From: Candidatus Neomicrothrix sp. UBA7884
Lineage (GTDB): Bacteria > Actinomycetota > Acidimicrobiia > Acidimicrobiales > MedAcidi-G1
NCBI GenBank assembly: GCA_002501135.1
Contig: DLRQ01000090.1
Span: forward strand, 12,755-76,754
Reading direction: 5' to 3'
DNA: 64,000 bases
How positions within the stretch are numbered: position 1 is the first letter of the stretch; every line of letters starts with the position of its first letter. The notes beneath the pieces are model-generated. The model had not been told where the DNA came from and did no database searches. It saw only the letters and a program-made list of their open reading frames with translations. Below are positions 45,434 through 53,961 of this stretch, in pieces. The translations under genes and the position numbers were made by a program.

Positions 45434-46195
45434 CTACCGGCCCTTCCAGACGGGCGGTCGCTTCTCGATGAAGGCCAGCGGACCCTCCTGGAAGTCCTCA
45501 CTGCGCCAGACTGCACGGCTCTCCTCCATGACCACGGTGTTCGCCTCCTCGTCGGGCAGGAGCCGGGTCGCCAGAATCGAGCGTCGCGATGCACGCACCG
45601 CAAGTGGGGCATTCCCATTTATCTCAGCGGCGAGTTCCAGCGCCTTCTCGAGAGCGCTGCCGGGTTCAACAAGTCGGTTGACCATTCCGTGACGGTGGGC
45701 CTCGGTTGCGCTCAGGTCCGCACCGGTGAGTGCCAGTTCCATTGCGATACTCGGCGGTAGTACCCGGGGAAGGCGAAAGAGTCCACCGGCCGCAGCGATC
45801 AGTGAACGCTTTACCTCGGGTATTCCGAAGTGGGCCCCGGTCGATGCGACGACCAGGTCGCAGGCCAGGATGATCTCTGTGCCACCGGCGACGGCCGGAC
45901 CCTCGACGGCAGCGATGAGGGGTTTGCTCCTGGTGCGGTCAACCACGCCAGCGAACCCACCGCGTTCGGTAGCCAGGTCGGTCTCTCCGGCGGCGATCGC
46001 CTTCAGGTCGGCCCCGGCGCAGAAGGCGGGTCCGTTGGCGCAGATCACGCCAACCCACGCCTCATCGTCCTCCTCGAACCGGTCGACTGCTGCCTCGATA
46101 GCGGCAGCCATAGATCCGTTGATCGCATTGCGCGCCTCGGGCCTGTTCAGCCTGATGAGGCCGACCCGTTCCAGCAGTTCGTATTCAACGATCAC
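45434..46195 (-). CDS. enoyl-CoA hydratase/isomerase (crotonase) family protein
   Basis: 253 aa. RPEARNAING...FCAGADLKA and GGTEIILACD are crotonase-fold oxyanion-hole motifs. Confidence 0.9.
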   Translation of the reverse strand: MIVEYELLERVGLIRLNRPEARNAINGSMAAAIEAAVDRFEEDDEAWVGVICANGPAFCAGADLKAIAAGETDLATERGGFAGVVDRTRSKPLIAAVEGPAVAGGTEIILACDLVVASTGAHFGIPEVKRSLIAAAGGLFRLPRVLPPSIAMELALTGADLSATEAHRHGMVNRLVEPGSALEKALELAAEINGNAPLAVRASRRSILATRLLPDEEANTVVMEESRAVWRSEDFQEGPLAFIEKRPPVWKGR

Positions 46196-46247
46196 GCCGG
46201 CGACTCTAGCCAGCGGGTCCAGACGGGCCCGGTGTCGGCCGGGGCCT

Positions 46248-47534
46248 CTAGGAGGCTGCCGGCCGCCGGGGCCGACGGTTGCGGCGCGGGGGAGTGGGCT
46301 TTATCCCGAAGCTTGCAGCCACATCAGGAATGCTCATGGAAACCCGTCGGACCACCTCGAGCAGTTCTTCGGCTGGCTCGGCCGGGATGCCCTGGGGGAC
46401 AACGCGCAGATGAACAGGCGAAAGGGCCACGGCATCGATGATCGTGGCCCAGCGGTCCTGGCTGATCTGGGATGTCAGGCTGGCGTTGGCCGCTTCGGCC
46501 AAACGTTCCAACTCAGCCGCCGGTAGGGGAGAGCCGGCCTTCGGCGGCCGGGAACTGAGGCGGAGGGCACGCACAATGCGGCCGTCGTCGAGGGTTGTTC
46601 TGACCTCGGTCATCCACTCTGTGTGCTCATGCTCGACGCGTGCTACCAGGCCCTCTCGGAGCTTCTCGGCCAACTCCCGCGTTTCCTCGGTCCGCGCCGC
46701 TGTATCAGCTGCCACGACGACCGACCGGAGGTCACGGAGGTCAACCTCTGCCATACCGGCAAGGGCGGCTTCGGCGCGGTCGTGCCAGTCGGCGGTGCGG
46801 AGCTTCGGCTGAATTCGCTCTGCGAGCTGGAGCAGCAGATCTACAGGGATCTCGGGTTCACCGGCCGCGGCTGCCTCCTTGTTCTGGCTGGTGACTGCGT
46901 CACGTAGGCCCGGAATGCCGGCACGGGCAAGATGCTGGCCGATGAGCCGCACTTCCTCGGGGAGCGCTGCAAGAGCTGCCTTTCGGTGTTTACGGCGGGG
47001 GCGAAGGCGCTTTGGTCTGGGCGCTGCAGATGTGGCGGGGGAGCGCCGCCTGGCACCTTCGGCACCCTGGCCCGACCTTCGACGGCCGCTGCTCCTCTTA
47101 TCGGGCCCAGAGGCGTTGTCGCTGCGCTTGTCAGAGGCGCTCCGGCGCTCATCTCGTTCCCTGCGGCCGCTGCCTCCCCTCTTGCCGTCTCTGCGCCCAC
47201 CCTTTGAGTCGCCGTCACGGCGAGGCTTGTTGTCCCTGCGTCCAGAGCGCCCCTTCTTTGCAAGGGTGGTGATGACATCGGGCTCGCTGCGTCCGCTGCC
47301 GAGGATCTCGAGCAGGTCCGGTTTGCCGCTGCCCTCCTTTGGAGCCAGAACCGCTGTTATCTCGATGCCGTCGACGAACTGTTCGGTCTCGGCGCGAAGC
47401 AGATCTCCTACTGAGACACCGTCTGGTAGCAGTGTGGCGTCGACCGCACCACGGGGCTCGCGTGCACCAGCGGCTCTCCATGTCCAGGAGCCGTCGTCGC
47501 GATTGCTTGTCAGTTCGATCTCGATGCGTGGCAT
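46248..47534 (-). CDS. hypothetical protein with a central Arg/Lys/Ser/Gly-rich disordered region
   Basis: ~428 aa. A compact N-terminal domain (MPRIEIELTSNRDDGSWTWRAAGAREPRG...) is followed by ~130 aa of RRDGKRGGSGRRERDERRSASDKRS-type sequence and a helical C-terminal half. No family recognised. A TTG at 47543 is an alternative start. Confidence 0.6.
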   Translation of the reverse strand: MPRIEIELTSNRDDGSWTWRAAGAREPRGAVDATLLPDGVSVGDLLRAETEQFVDGIEITAVLAPKEGSGKPDLLEILGSGRSEPDVITTLAKKGRSGRRDNKPRRDGDSKGGRRDGKRGGSGRRERDERRSASDKRSDNASGPDKRSSGRRRSGQGAEGARRRSPATSAAPRPKRLRPRRKHRKAALAALPEEVRLIGQHLARAGIPGLRDAVTSQNKEAAAAGEPEIPVDLLLQLAERIQPKLRTADWHDRAEAALAGMAEVDLRDLRSVVVAADTAARTEETRELAEKLREGLVARVEHEHTEWMTEVRTTLDDGRIVRALRLSSRPPKAGSPLPAAELERLAEAANASLTSQISQDRWATIIDAVALSPVHLRVVPQGIPAEPAEELLEVVRRVSMSIPDVAASFGIKPTPPRRNRRPRRPAAS

Positions 47535-47613
47535 GGCCCACAACGCTAGCCGTCAGGAGGGGGATGGCGACCTGAACGTCGTGGACTTTCCGGGGATGCA
47601 TCCACCCCTTGTG

Positions 47614-47636
47614 TAGATAACGAATGTTATCATCTA
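47614..47636. promoter_or_regulatory. AT-rich imperfect palindrome (candidate operator or recombinase site) in a divergent intergenic region
   Basis: TAGATAAC-GAAT-GTTATCATCTA contains the perfect inverted repeat GATAAC/GTTATC with a 4-nt spacer, with extended arms TAGAT(GAT)AAC. It lies 38 nt upstream of the recombinase ATG and is the lowest-GC stretch in this part of the window. A second perfect palindrome, GGATGCATCC, is at 47594-47603. Confidence 0.4.
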
Positions 47637-47673
47637 TTCCTGTGAACTACCCGAGCGATACGACAGCACCGAG

Positions 47674-48699
47674 ATGACCTATCGAGAACTGCCCACCCCT
47701 GAAGAGATGTCGCCCTCTTTCCACGAATGGCTCAAATGGCTTCCCCTGCATGAGGACAAGCCCACCTCGACGGTGCGTGCGTACAGCCAGGGGGTTCGAA
47801 GGGTTGTCTCCTATGCGGAGTTGAGGCCCGGCAACTTCGGGCCAGACAGCCTCAACCAGGCCTCACTGACAGATGTTGTGAGGGATCTCCGAGCCAGCAA
47901 TGAGGTCTCCAAGGCCACCCTCAACCAGACCCTCGCTGCTCTCAAGTCCTACTTCGACTTCTGTCTGGCCGACCGGCTTGTGGATTCCGTCCCCGATGTA
48001 AACCGGATTCGGAAAATTGCCAGACTGAATGTTCCACAGGCTGACCCCGAGTATTTCCGGCCCGGCGAAATCCGTGACCTCTACGAGACTGCCATCAGGC
48101 CTCTTGATGGAGCCAGCAGGGTCAGATGGCCCGTGAGAGATCTTGCCATGTGCGCGTTTCTTGCGATTCTGGGTCTGAGGGCGGCCGAGTTGACCGCAGC
48201 TGACAATGGCTGGGTAACCAGAGAACGCCTCGACGACAGAGCAGGACGGGCGACATGGATGATGCAGGTTCTCGGAAAGGGTCGCAGGGTTCGTCACCTC
48301 CCTCTCTCTGCTGAGCTGATCGATGCCAACGTGCGCTGGCAGGCAGAACGGGAGGAACGCTTTGGGCCAGCCCGTTCCGATGAACCCCTCTTTCTCACAA
48401 ACGACGGCGAGCGCTTCAACTACAGACGTCTGCGCTACTGGCTCCTCACCATCAACCGGCAGGCTGCTCTTCGCGACCGCTCCCTGCACTCACTTCGTCA
48501 CACGGCGGGCGTGCAGTTGGCCGCAGAAGGAGTTCCCATGAACGTGATTCAGAGCCTTCTCGGCCACGCCAGCATCGCCACCACAGGCATCTACACGGCT
48601 CTCGCCGGCGGCGAGCTGGTAGGTGTCGTCTCGAAATCGGGGGCGAACACGCTTCTCGGCAGCGCCCTTGCCTCTGATGACGGTGGCACCGACCGGTGA
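47674..48699 (+). CDS. tyrosine recombinase / phage-integrase-family protein (Xer-like)
   Basis: 341 aa: an N-terminal SAM-like core-binding domain, then the catalytic residues R (LGLRAAEL), K (GKGRRVRHLP), HxxR (HSLRHT) and H..Y (LLGHASIATTGIY). Confidence 0.88.
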   Translation: MTYRELPTPEEMSPSFHEWLKWLPLHEDKPTSTVRAYSQGVRRVVSYAELRPGNFGPDSLNQASLTDVVRDLRASNEVSKATLNQTLAALKSYFDFCLADRLVDSVPDVNRIRKIARLNVPQADPEYFRPGEIRDLYETAIRPLDGASRVRWPVRDLAMCAFLAILGLRAAELTAADNGWVTRERLDDRAGRATWMMQVLGKGRRVRHLPLSAELIDANVRWQAEREERFGPARSDEPLFLTNDGERFNYRRLRYWLLTINRQAALRDRSLHSLRHTAGVQLAAEGVPMNVIQSLLGHASIATTGIYTALAGGELVGVVSKSGANTLLGSALASDDGGTDR

Positions 48700-49244
48700 A
48701 CAGCTCCACGAGGGCCAGGTTGTTGGTAGCCACGCCCGACATGGCCGACCCCAACTTCACTAGGACCGTGCTCCTCATGCTAGAACACAATGACGATGGC
48801 GCTCTGGGGCTGGTCCTGAACCGCCCGCTCCAGGTTTCGGCAGCAGATGCAGTACCCCCCTGGGCTGACCTTCTTGAACCTCCGGGCATGCTCCACATGG
48901 GAGGCCCGGTGTCAGAGGGAACGATCGTGGGCATCGGGCTGGCACCAGCGAGTGGACACCCGTGCGTCACGCCCCTGCTTGGCTCCATTGGGCTGCTGGA
49001 CCTTCACGACGATCCCGGTGACGATCCCGGTGTGACGTCAGTGCGCCTCTTTTCCGGATATGCGGGGTGGTCAGCGGGGCAGCTCGAGGTGGAGTTGGCA
49101 GTCGGATCCTGGTTCGTACTTGAAGCCCAGCCTGCCGACGTCACCACGGCCGATGCCGAGGGCCTGTGGTCAAGCGTGCTGAGAAGGCAGGGAGGGCTGC
49201 TCGCGCAGCTGGCCACCTACCCCGACGATCCGTCGCTCAACTGA
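48696..49244 (+). CDS. YqgE/AlgH-family (UPF0301) protein
   Basis: 182 aa. DPNFTRTVLLMLEHNDDGALGLVLNRP is the family signature. GTGA overlap with the recombinase stop. Confidence 0.85.
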   Translation: MNSSTRARLLVATPDMADPNFTRTVLLMLEHNDDGALGLVLNRPLQVSAADAVPPWADLLEPPGMLHMGGPVSEGTIVGIGLAPASGHPCVTPLLGSIGLLDLHDDPGDDPGVTSVRLFSGYAGWSAGQLEVELAVGSWFVLEAQPADVTTADAEGLWSSVLRRQGGLLAQLATYPDDPSLN

Positions 49245-49533
49245 ACCGAACGGGCACTTTCAGGACCTGATCTCCACAGGGCTTCCAGGCGACAACTTCA
49301 CAAGACGCGCCCCGTCGTATCATTCGGGCGAACCGGTAGAGCAACCTCGAGCATTTCACCCAGGTCCCGGAGCACCACGACGACACGGGCCCCGGCAAAA
49401 GGGACCAGGGTTGGGAAGATCCCACCACGGTTCATCAGCATCGGCAGTCCGGAATGTCTCAAGCAGCCCGACCGAGGCGGTTGCGACGGTGAAGGGGACA
49501 TCGGGAGTCGGGTCGGCCATGTCGACCTCATGT

Positions 49534-49692
49534 TCAGTTGTCGTCGATGGGACAGTCGACGTGGTCGTTGCAGGCGGGGCCGAGGCTGATCATGCCGACA
49601 CGCTCTGCCCGCGGTTCCTCGTTGGCGCAACCCAGCAGGAGTCCGGGTGGGAGCAGCATTGCCGTGATGGGGATCCGAATTAGGTAACCCAC
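49534..49692 (-). CDS. candidate very small lipoprotein (52 aa), speculative
   Basis: Hand-translated GTG-start ORF: MGYLIRIPITAMLLPPGLLLGCANEEPRAERVGMISLGPACNDHVDCPIDDN, with a lipobox-like LLLGC. The G-rich SD-like GGGGGAGG abuts the start codon, which is poor spacing. It is below the ORF-track length cutoff. Confidence 0.25.
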   Translation of the reverse strand: MGYLIRIPITAMLLPPGLLLGCANEEPRAERVGMISLGPACNDHVDCPIDDN

Positions 49693-49723
49693 CTCCCCCT
49701 TCTACCCGCCAGAAGGGCAAAGA

Positions 49724-50314
49724 TCAGGTGGAGACCCCGGATCGCCGCCTGGATCTACCAGTGGGCAGGAGTTGATGGTCTGGCGGAATGAAAGGAGGAA
49801 CCGCACGCGGCACCGCCCCCCGATCGAGTAGCCGTACAAGCACGCCCGCCAGTGCCCGGCTGTCGTCGAGGGCCCTGTGGGCACCGTCCAACTCAACGCC
49901 GAGCGCCTGAGACAGGTCACTAAGGCGCCCGGGGAATCCCAGGCCCCGGGCCATCGGCACGGTGTCGACTGCCGAGAGTGAGAGCGGTCCGAGTCCCGCA
50001 CGGGCCCACTCGGCTGTCACAAAGCCCACGTCAAACGAGGCGTTGTGTGCAACGGGAACACAGCCTGCCAGCTCAGCCATGAGGTCACCAGCAACCTCGC
50101 TGAAGGTAGGTGCATCGACCAGCAGGTTTGGACGGATGCCGTGAATGTCGATCCTTCCCAGGTCTGGGGTGCCCGCATCGATGAGGGTGCTCCACTCCCC
50201 CACCGTCTCTCCGGCGGGCGTCACCTTCACGACAGCTATCTCGATCACACGGGCACGGCGAGAATCGAGTCCGGTCGTCTCGACATCGAAGCAGGAATAC
50301 ACCGTGTCGGACAT
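49724..50314 (-). CDS. DnaQ-like DEDDh 3'-5' exonuclease (DNA pol III epsilon-like)
   Basis: From ATG 50314: MSDTVYSCFDVETTGL (Exo I), HNASFDVGF (Exo II) and HRALDDS (Exo III). The 101 upstream codons of the track ORF overlap the divergent MFS gene and look non-protein-like. Confidence 0.85.
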   Translation of the reverse strand: MSDTVYSCFDVETTGLDSRRARVIEIAVVKVTPAGETVGEWSTLIDAGTPDLGRIDIHGIRPNLLVDAPTFSEVAGDLMAELAGCVPVAHNASFDVGFVTAEWARAGLGPLSLSAVDTVPMARGLGFPGRLSDLSQALGVELDGAHRALDDSRALAGVLVRLLDRGAVPRAVPPFIPPDHQLLPTGRSRRRSGVST

Positions 50315-50340
50315 CAGGGGAGGAACGAGCCGGTAGGCGG

Positions 50341-51708
50341 TTGAGATTCCCCATGGCTGACCATGCCGGGACCGTAGTCGCCCGGTGCGGCCGTAACGGC
50401 CCTGCTGCCGGTACGGTCCCGCCGGTGACAGGCACCGACGGCGCAACAGGCACCCACCCGCACGAGGCTCTGCAGCGCCGGTCTCTACGGGTGCTGATGG
50501 CCGGACTGATTCCTGCTGGTGCTGCCATGACCGGCGCCTACTCGGCTGCAGCGGTTCTGGGCGAGGACCTGACCGGTAGTGAGTTGCTGGGTGGCCTCGC
50601 AGCATCCGGGATGACAACCGGGTCGGCTCTGGCGATCCTTCCTCTGGCGCGCCTCATGTCCAGTAGGGGTCGACGGCCTGGCCTGTTGGTGGGCTATCTG
50701 GTGGCGGCCATCGGAGCGACAATGTGCATGTTGGCGGCCGTTACCGGGTGGTACTCGCTGCTCATACCCGGGATGCTCGGGGTGGGCTCAGGTAACGCAG
50801 CCAACCTTGCGGCTCGATACGCAGCGGCCGACCTTGCTCCCGAGGTCGGGCGTGCACGGGCAATCGGAACCCTTGTATGGGCCTCAACAATCGGGGCGGT
50901 AGTCGGGCCGTCCATCGGGTTCGGTCCTGCAAAGTCGCTGGCCACTTCAGTCGGGACATCCGAGCTTGCGGGTCCCTACATGTTCGCGACGGCCCTGTTC
51001 CTGACAGCAGCCCTCGTTGTCGGCAGGTGGCTGAGGCCAGACCCCCTGGTGGTTGCCGGTGGTGCCGGTGGTGTCGGCGGTAGCGACACAAGCGAGGGTC
51101 GTCACCTGATTGACGCCGCACGCACTCTCGCTGTGTCGGCAACCGGGCGTCTGGCCGCGCTCTCAATGGTCGTGGGGCACGTTGTCATGGTGGGTGTCAT
51201 GACCATGACCCCACTGCACCTTCGTGAAGGGGCCCATCAACTGGAGATCATCGGCCTGGTGATCTCCCTTCACATCATCGGCATGTACGCCTGCGCACCG
51301 ATAGTCGGATGGCTGGCCGACCGCCTTGGCCCGCTTAATGTTCTCGCCGTCGGTGGGATGATCCTGTTCGCAGGATCTGAGATGGCAGCCCATACCCGAC
51401 CCGAGGACTCCCTGGGGATATTTGTAGGCCTTTTTCTGATCGGCCTGGGCTGGAGTTTCGGCCTTATCGCTTCGTCGGCCCTCCTGGTGGACGAGTTCGA
51501 TGGCCCTGAACGGGTAAGGGTGCAGGGTCTCGCTGATGTCGGCATGACCGCTGCAGGGGCGCTTGCAGGAGTTGGGTCGGGCGTGTTTGTGACATTCAGC
51601 GACTATGCGGCGCTCGCCCACGGAAGTGCCCTGGTCGGCCTGTTCCCGACAGTAGCGGTCCTCACGATGCGCCTGAGGGCCCGCCGCAGAAGTCGCCTCA
51701 CCACCTGA
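50341..51708 (+). CDS. MFS transporter
   Basis: 455 aa with ~12 hydrophobic helices and an MFS-like loop RLMSSRGRRPG between TM2 and TM3. ATG 50353 is an alternative start. Confidence 0.85.
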   Translation: MRFPMADHAGTVVARCGRNGPAAGTVPPVTGTDGATGTHPHEALQRRSLRVLMAGLIPAGAAMTGAYSAAAVLGEDLTGSELLGGLAASGMTTGSALAILPLARLMSSRGRRPGLLVGYLVAAIGATMCMLAAVTGWYSLLIPGMLGVGSGNAANLAARYAAADLAPEVGRARAIGTLVWASTIGAVVGPSIGFGPAKSLATSVGTSELAGPYMFATALFLTAALVVGRWLRPDPLVVAGGAGGVGGSDTSEGRHLIDAARTLAVSATGRLAALSMVVGHVVMVGVMTMTPLHLREGAHQLEIIGLVISLHIIGMYACAPIVGWLADRLGPLNVLAVGGMILFAGSEMAAHTRPEDSLGIFVGLFLIGLGWSFGLIASSALLVDEFDGPERVRVQGLADVGMTAAGALAGVGSGVFVTFSDYAALAHGSALVGLFPTVAVLTMRLRARRRSRLTT

Positions 51709-51764
51709 GCTTGCGGCTACCCGCGGGATGCGTCTCCATACGGGCCCCCGCTAACGTCCGGAAC

Positions 51765-52460
51765 ATGTCATCGACCGGTGGACCGCCAGTAGTCCTCCTT
51801 CACGGGTTTGGAACCTCGTACGCCACCACATGGGAGCAGAGCGGTTGGTCTACCCTTTTGTCCGACGCCGGACGACAGGTGATTCCGGTGGATCTTCTGG
51901 GTCATGGCGAGGCAGCCAAGCCCACAGACCCTGAGGATTACGCAGAGTTGGAGAACCTGGTTTTGGAGCAACTGCCCCCGGAACCGGTGGATGCGATCGG
52001 ATTCTCGATGGGTGCCCGTGTTCTCCTGGTCCTGGCTGCCGCCAGTCCAGGCCGATTCAATCGCCTGGTCGTGGCTGGAGTCGGCCGGAACCTGTTCGAG
52101 GACGATCAGGTCCGCCGAAAGGCTGTGATCGAGGCAGTGAGGACCGGCGAGGCAGCGGATCCGGAGTTGGCGTATTTCGCGCGTCTCCCTGAGTCGCCCG
52201 GGGCCGACCGGGCTGCGTTGGCCGCATTCCTGGCCCGACCCGATCCACCTCCCGTAACCGAGGACAGTCTTGAGGGTGTGAGCGTGCCGGTCCTAGTCGT
52301 CCTGGGTGACGAGGACTTTGCAGGACCTCCCGACCGGCTCGTTGCGGCTCTTCCAGATGCCACCCTCACGACGCTTGCCGGAGTCGACCACTTCGCGACC
52401 CCGGGGAACTTCGGTTTCATTGACGCTGCGCTGGAGTTCATAGATGCACAGCCCTTTTAG
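51765..52460 (+). CDS. alpha/beta-fold hydrolase
   Basis: VVLLHGFGTS (oxyanion HG) and the GFSMGA nucleophile elbow. ATG 51765 is preferred over TTG 51711. Confidence 0.85.
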   Translation: MSSTGGPPVVLLHGFGTSYATTWEQSGWSTLLSDAGRQVIPVDLLGHGEAAKPTDPEDYAELENLVLEQLPPEPVDAIGFSMGARVLLVLAAASPGRFNRLVVAGVGRNLFEDDQVRRKAVIEAVRTGEAADPELAYFARLPESPGADRAALAAFLARPDPPPVTEDSLEGVSVPVLVVLGDEDFAGPPDRLVAALPDATLTTLAGVDHFATPGNFGFIDAALEFIDAQPF

Positions 52461-52491
52461 GAAGCCGCCTTCTCCCGGTAGGCCCTGACCA

Positions 52492-53952
52492 TCAGCGAAG
52501 GGGCATTGAGTCCGGGACAATTGGGGCCGGAAGCGAAGTCTCCCCGACAAGGAACTCGTCGACAGCAGCAGCACAGGACCTTCCCTCGGCTATAGCCCAG
52601 ACAATGAGCGACTGTCCCCGTCCCATGTCCCCGCAGACGAACACGCCGTCTGCCGAAGTTGTGAACGAGGAGTCACGGGCCACGTTTCCGCGCTGGTCCA
52701 GGGCGATGTCCACCCCGTTGGCCAGCTCATCTGTCTCTGGTCCCGTGAAGCCCATGGCCAGCAGCACAAGATCTGCACTGAAGATCTCCTCAGAGCCGTC
52801 AATCATCTCAAACGAGGGTCGGCCATCGATGCTTCCGACAGTTACCCCGTGGGTTCGCAGAGAGGTCACATGTCCGTTCTCGCCAAGAAACTCCTCGGTG
52901 TTGATGGCGAACCGCCGCTGACCACCTTCCTCGTGGGCTGATGAGACCCTGTAGAGAGCCGGCCACGTCGGCCACGGATTTGCCTCGGGTCTTTCATCGG
53001 CAGGGCGCGGCATGATCTCGAACTGGTGCACGCTCGCTGCGCCCTGTCGGAGCGCCGTTCCAAGGCAGTCCGCCCCGGTGTCGCCTCCGCCGATGATTAC
53101 AACGTGCCTGCCCTTCGCTGAGACCGGTGACCGGTCAAGGTCGCCCTCCTGGATACGGTTTGCCCACGGCAGGAACTCCATGGCCTGCATGATCCCGTCA
53201 AGGTTCCGGCCCGGAATGGGAAGGTCTCGGCTCCTGGTTGCACCACAGGCGAGGACAACTGCGTCGTAGTCCTCCCTGAGTTCCTGCAAGGCCAGATCGC
53301 TGCCCACGTTGGTCCTGGTTCGGAACTCCGTGCCCTCGGCTTCCATCTGGGCAAGGCGCCGGTCAAGGTGGCGCTTCTCCAACTTGAACTCGGGTATTCC
53401 GAACCGGAGCAGGCCTCCAATCCGGTCGGCGCGTTCAAAGACCACCACCTCATGGCCAGCCCGCGTTAACTGCTGCGCCGCTGCAAGTCCAGCTGGGCCT
53501 GAACCGACCACCGCAACACGCCGACCACTGCGCCTCGAGGCCGGAACCGGTCTGATCCACCCCTCCTCCCAGGCCCTGTCCACGATTGAGACCTCAACTT
53601 GTTTGATAGTTACCGCTGGTTCGTTGATGCCGAGCACGCAGGCGGTCTCGCAGGGCGCAGGACACAGGCGTCCTGTGAATTCAGGGAAGTTGTTTGTTGA
53701 ATGAAGCCGCTCGCTGGCCTCGCTCCACTGACCCCGGTAGGTGAGGTCATTCCAGTCAGGGATCAGGTTTCCGAGAGGGCAGCCGTGGTTGCAGAAGGGA
53801 ATGCCGCAGTCCATGCACCTGCTCGCCTGGCGTCTCAGATCTGCTTCGGGGAAGGGCTCGTAGACCTCACGCCAGTCTCTGAGCCTTACGGGAACCGAGC
53901 GGCGTTCAGGTAGTTGGCGATCGTGTTTGATGAAGCCCCGGATATCTCCCAC
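52492..53952 (-). CDS. gltD: glutamate synthase (NADPH) small subunit
   Basis: 486 aa with an N-terminal Fe-S Cys cluster (CMDCGIPFCNHGCPLGN) and the dinucleotide folds VAVVGSGPAGLAAA and VVIIGGGDTGADC. Confidence 0.95.
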   Translation of the reverse strand: MGDIRGFIKHDRQLPERRSVPVRLRDWREVYEPFPEADLRRQASRCMDCGIPFCNHGCPLGNLIPDWNDLTYRGQWSEASERLHSTNNFPEFTGRLCPAPCETACVLGINEPAVTIKQVEVSIVDRAWEEGWIRPVPASRRSGRRVAVVGSGPAGLAAAQQLTRAGHEVVVFERADRIGGLLRFGIPEFKLEKRHLDRRLAQMEAEGTEFRTRTNVGSDLALQELREDYDAVVLACGATRSRDLPIPGRNLDGIMQAMEFLPWANRIQEGDLDRSPVSAKGRHVVIIGGGDTGADCLGTALRQGAASVHQFEIMPRPADERPEANPWPTWPALYRVSSAHEEGGQRRFAINTEEFLGENGHVTSLRTHGVTVGSIDGRPSFEMIDGSEEIFSADLVLLAMGFTGPETDELANGVDIALDQRGNVARDSSFTTSADGVFVCGDMGRGQSLIVWAIAEGRSCAAAVDEFLVGETSLPAPIVPDSMPLR

Positions 53953-53961
53953 AGTTCCCCC

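Noticed and set aside
47604-47640. Canonical XerCD dif site next to the recombinase.
   Set aside because: The palindrome has dif-like geometry, but its arms (TAGATAAC / GTTATCATCTA) do not match the conserved XerD arm TTATG..AA.T. Only a non-canonical site or an operator remains possible.
47544-49244. Integrated mobile element or prophage bounded by att repeats around the recombinase.
   Set aside because: There is no flanking tRNA and no phage, plasmid or transposase genes. I could find no direct repeats by eye. Only a modest GC dip is present, so no mobile_element feature is called.
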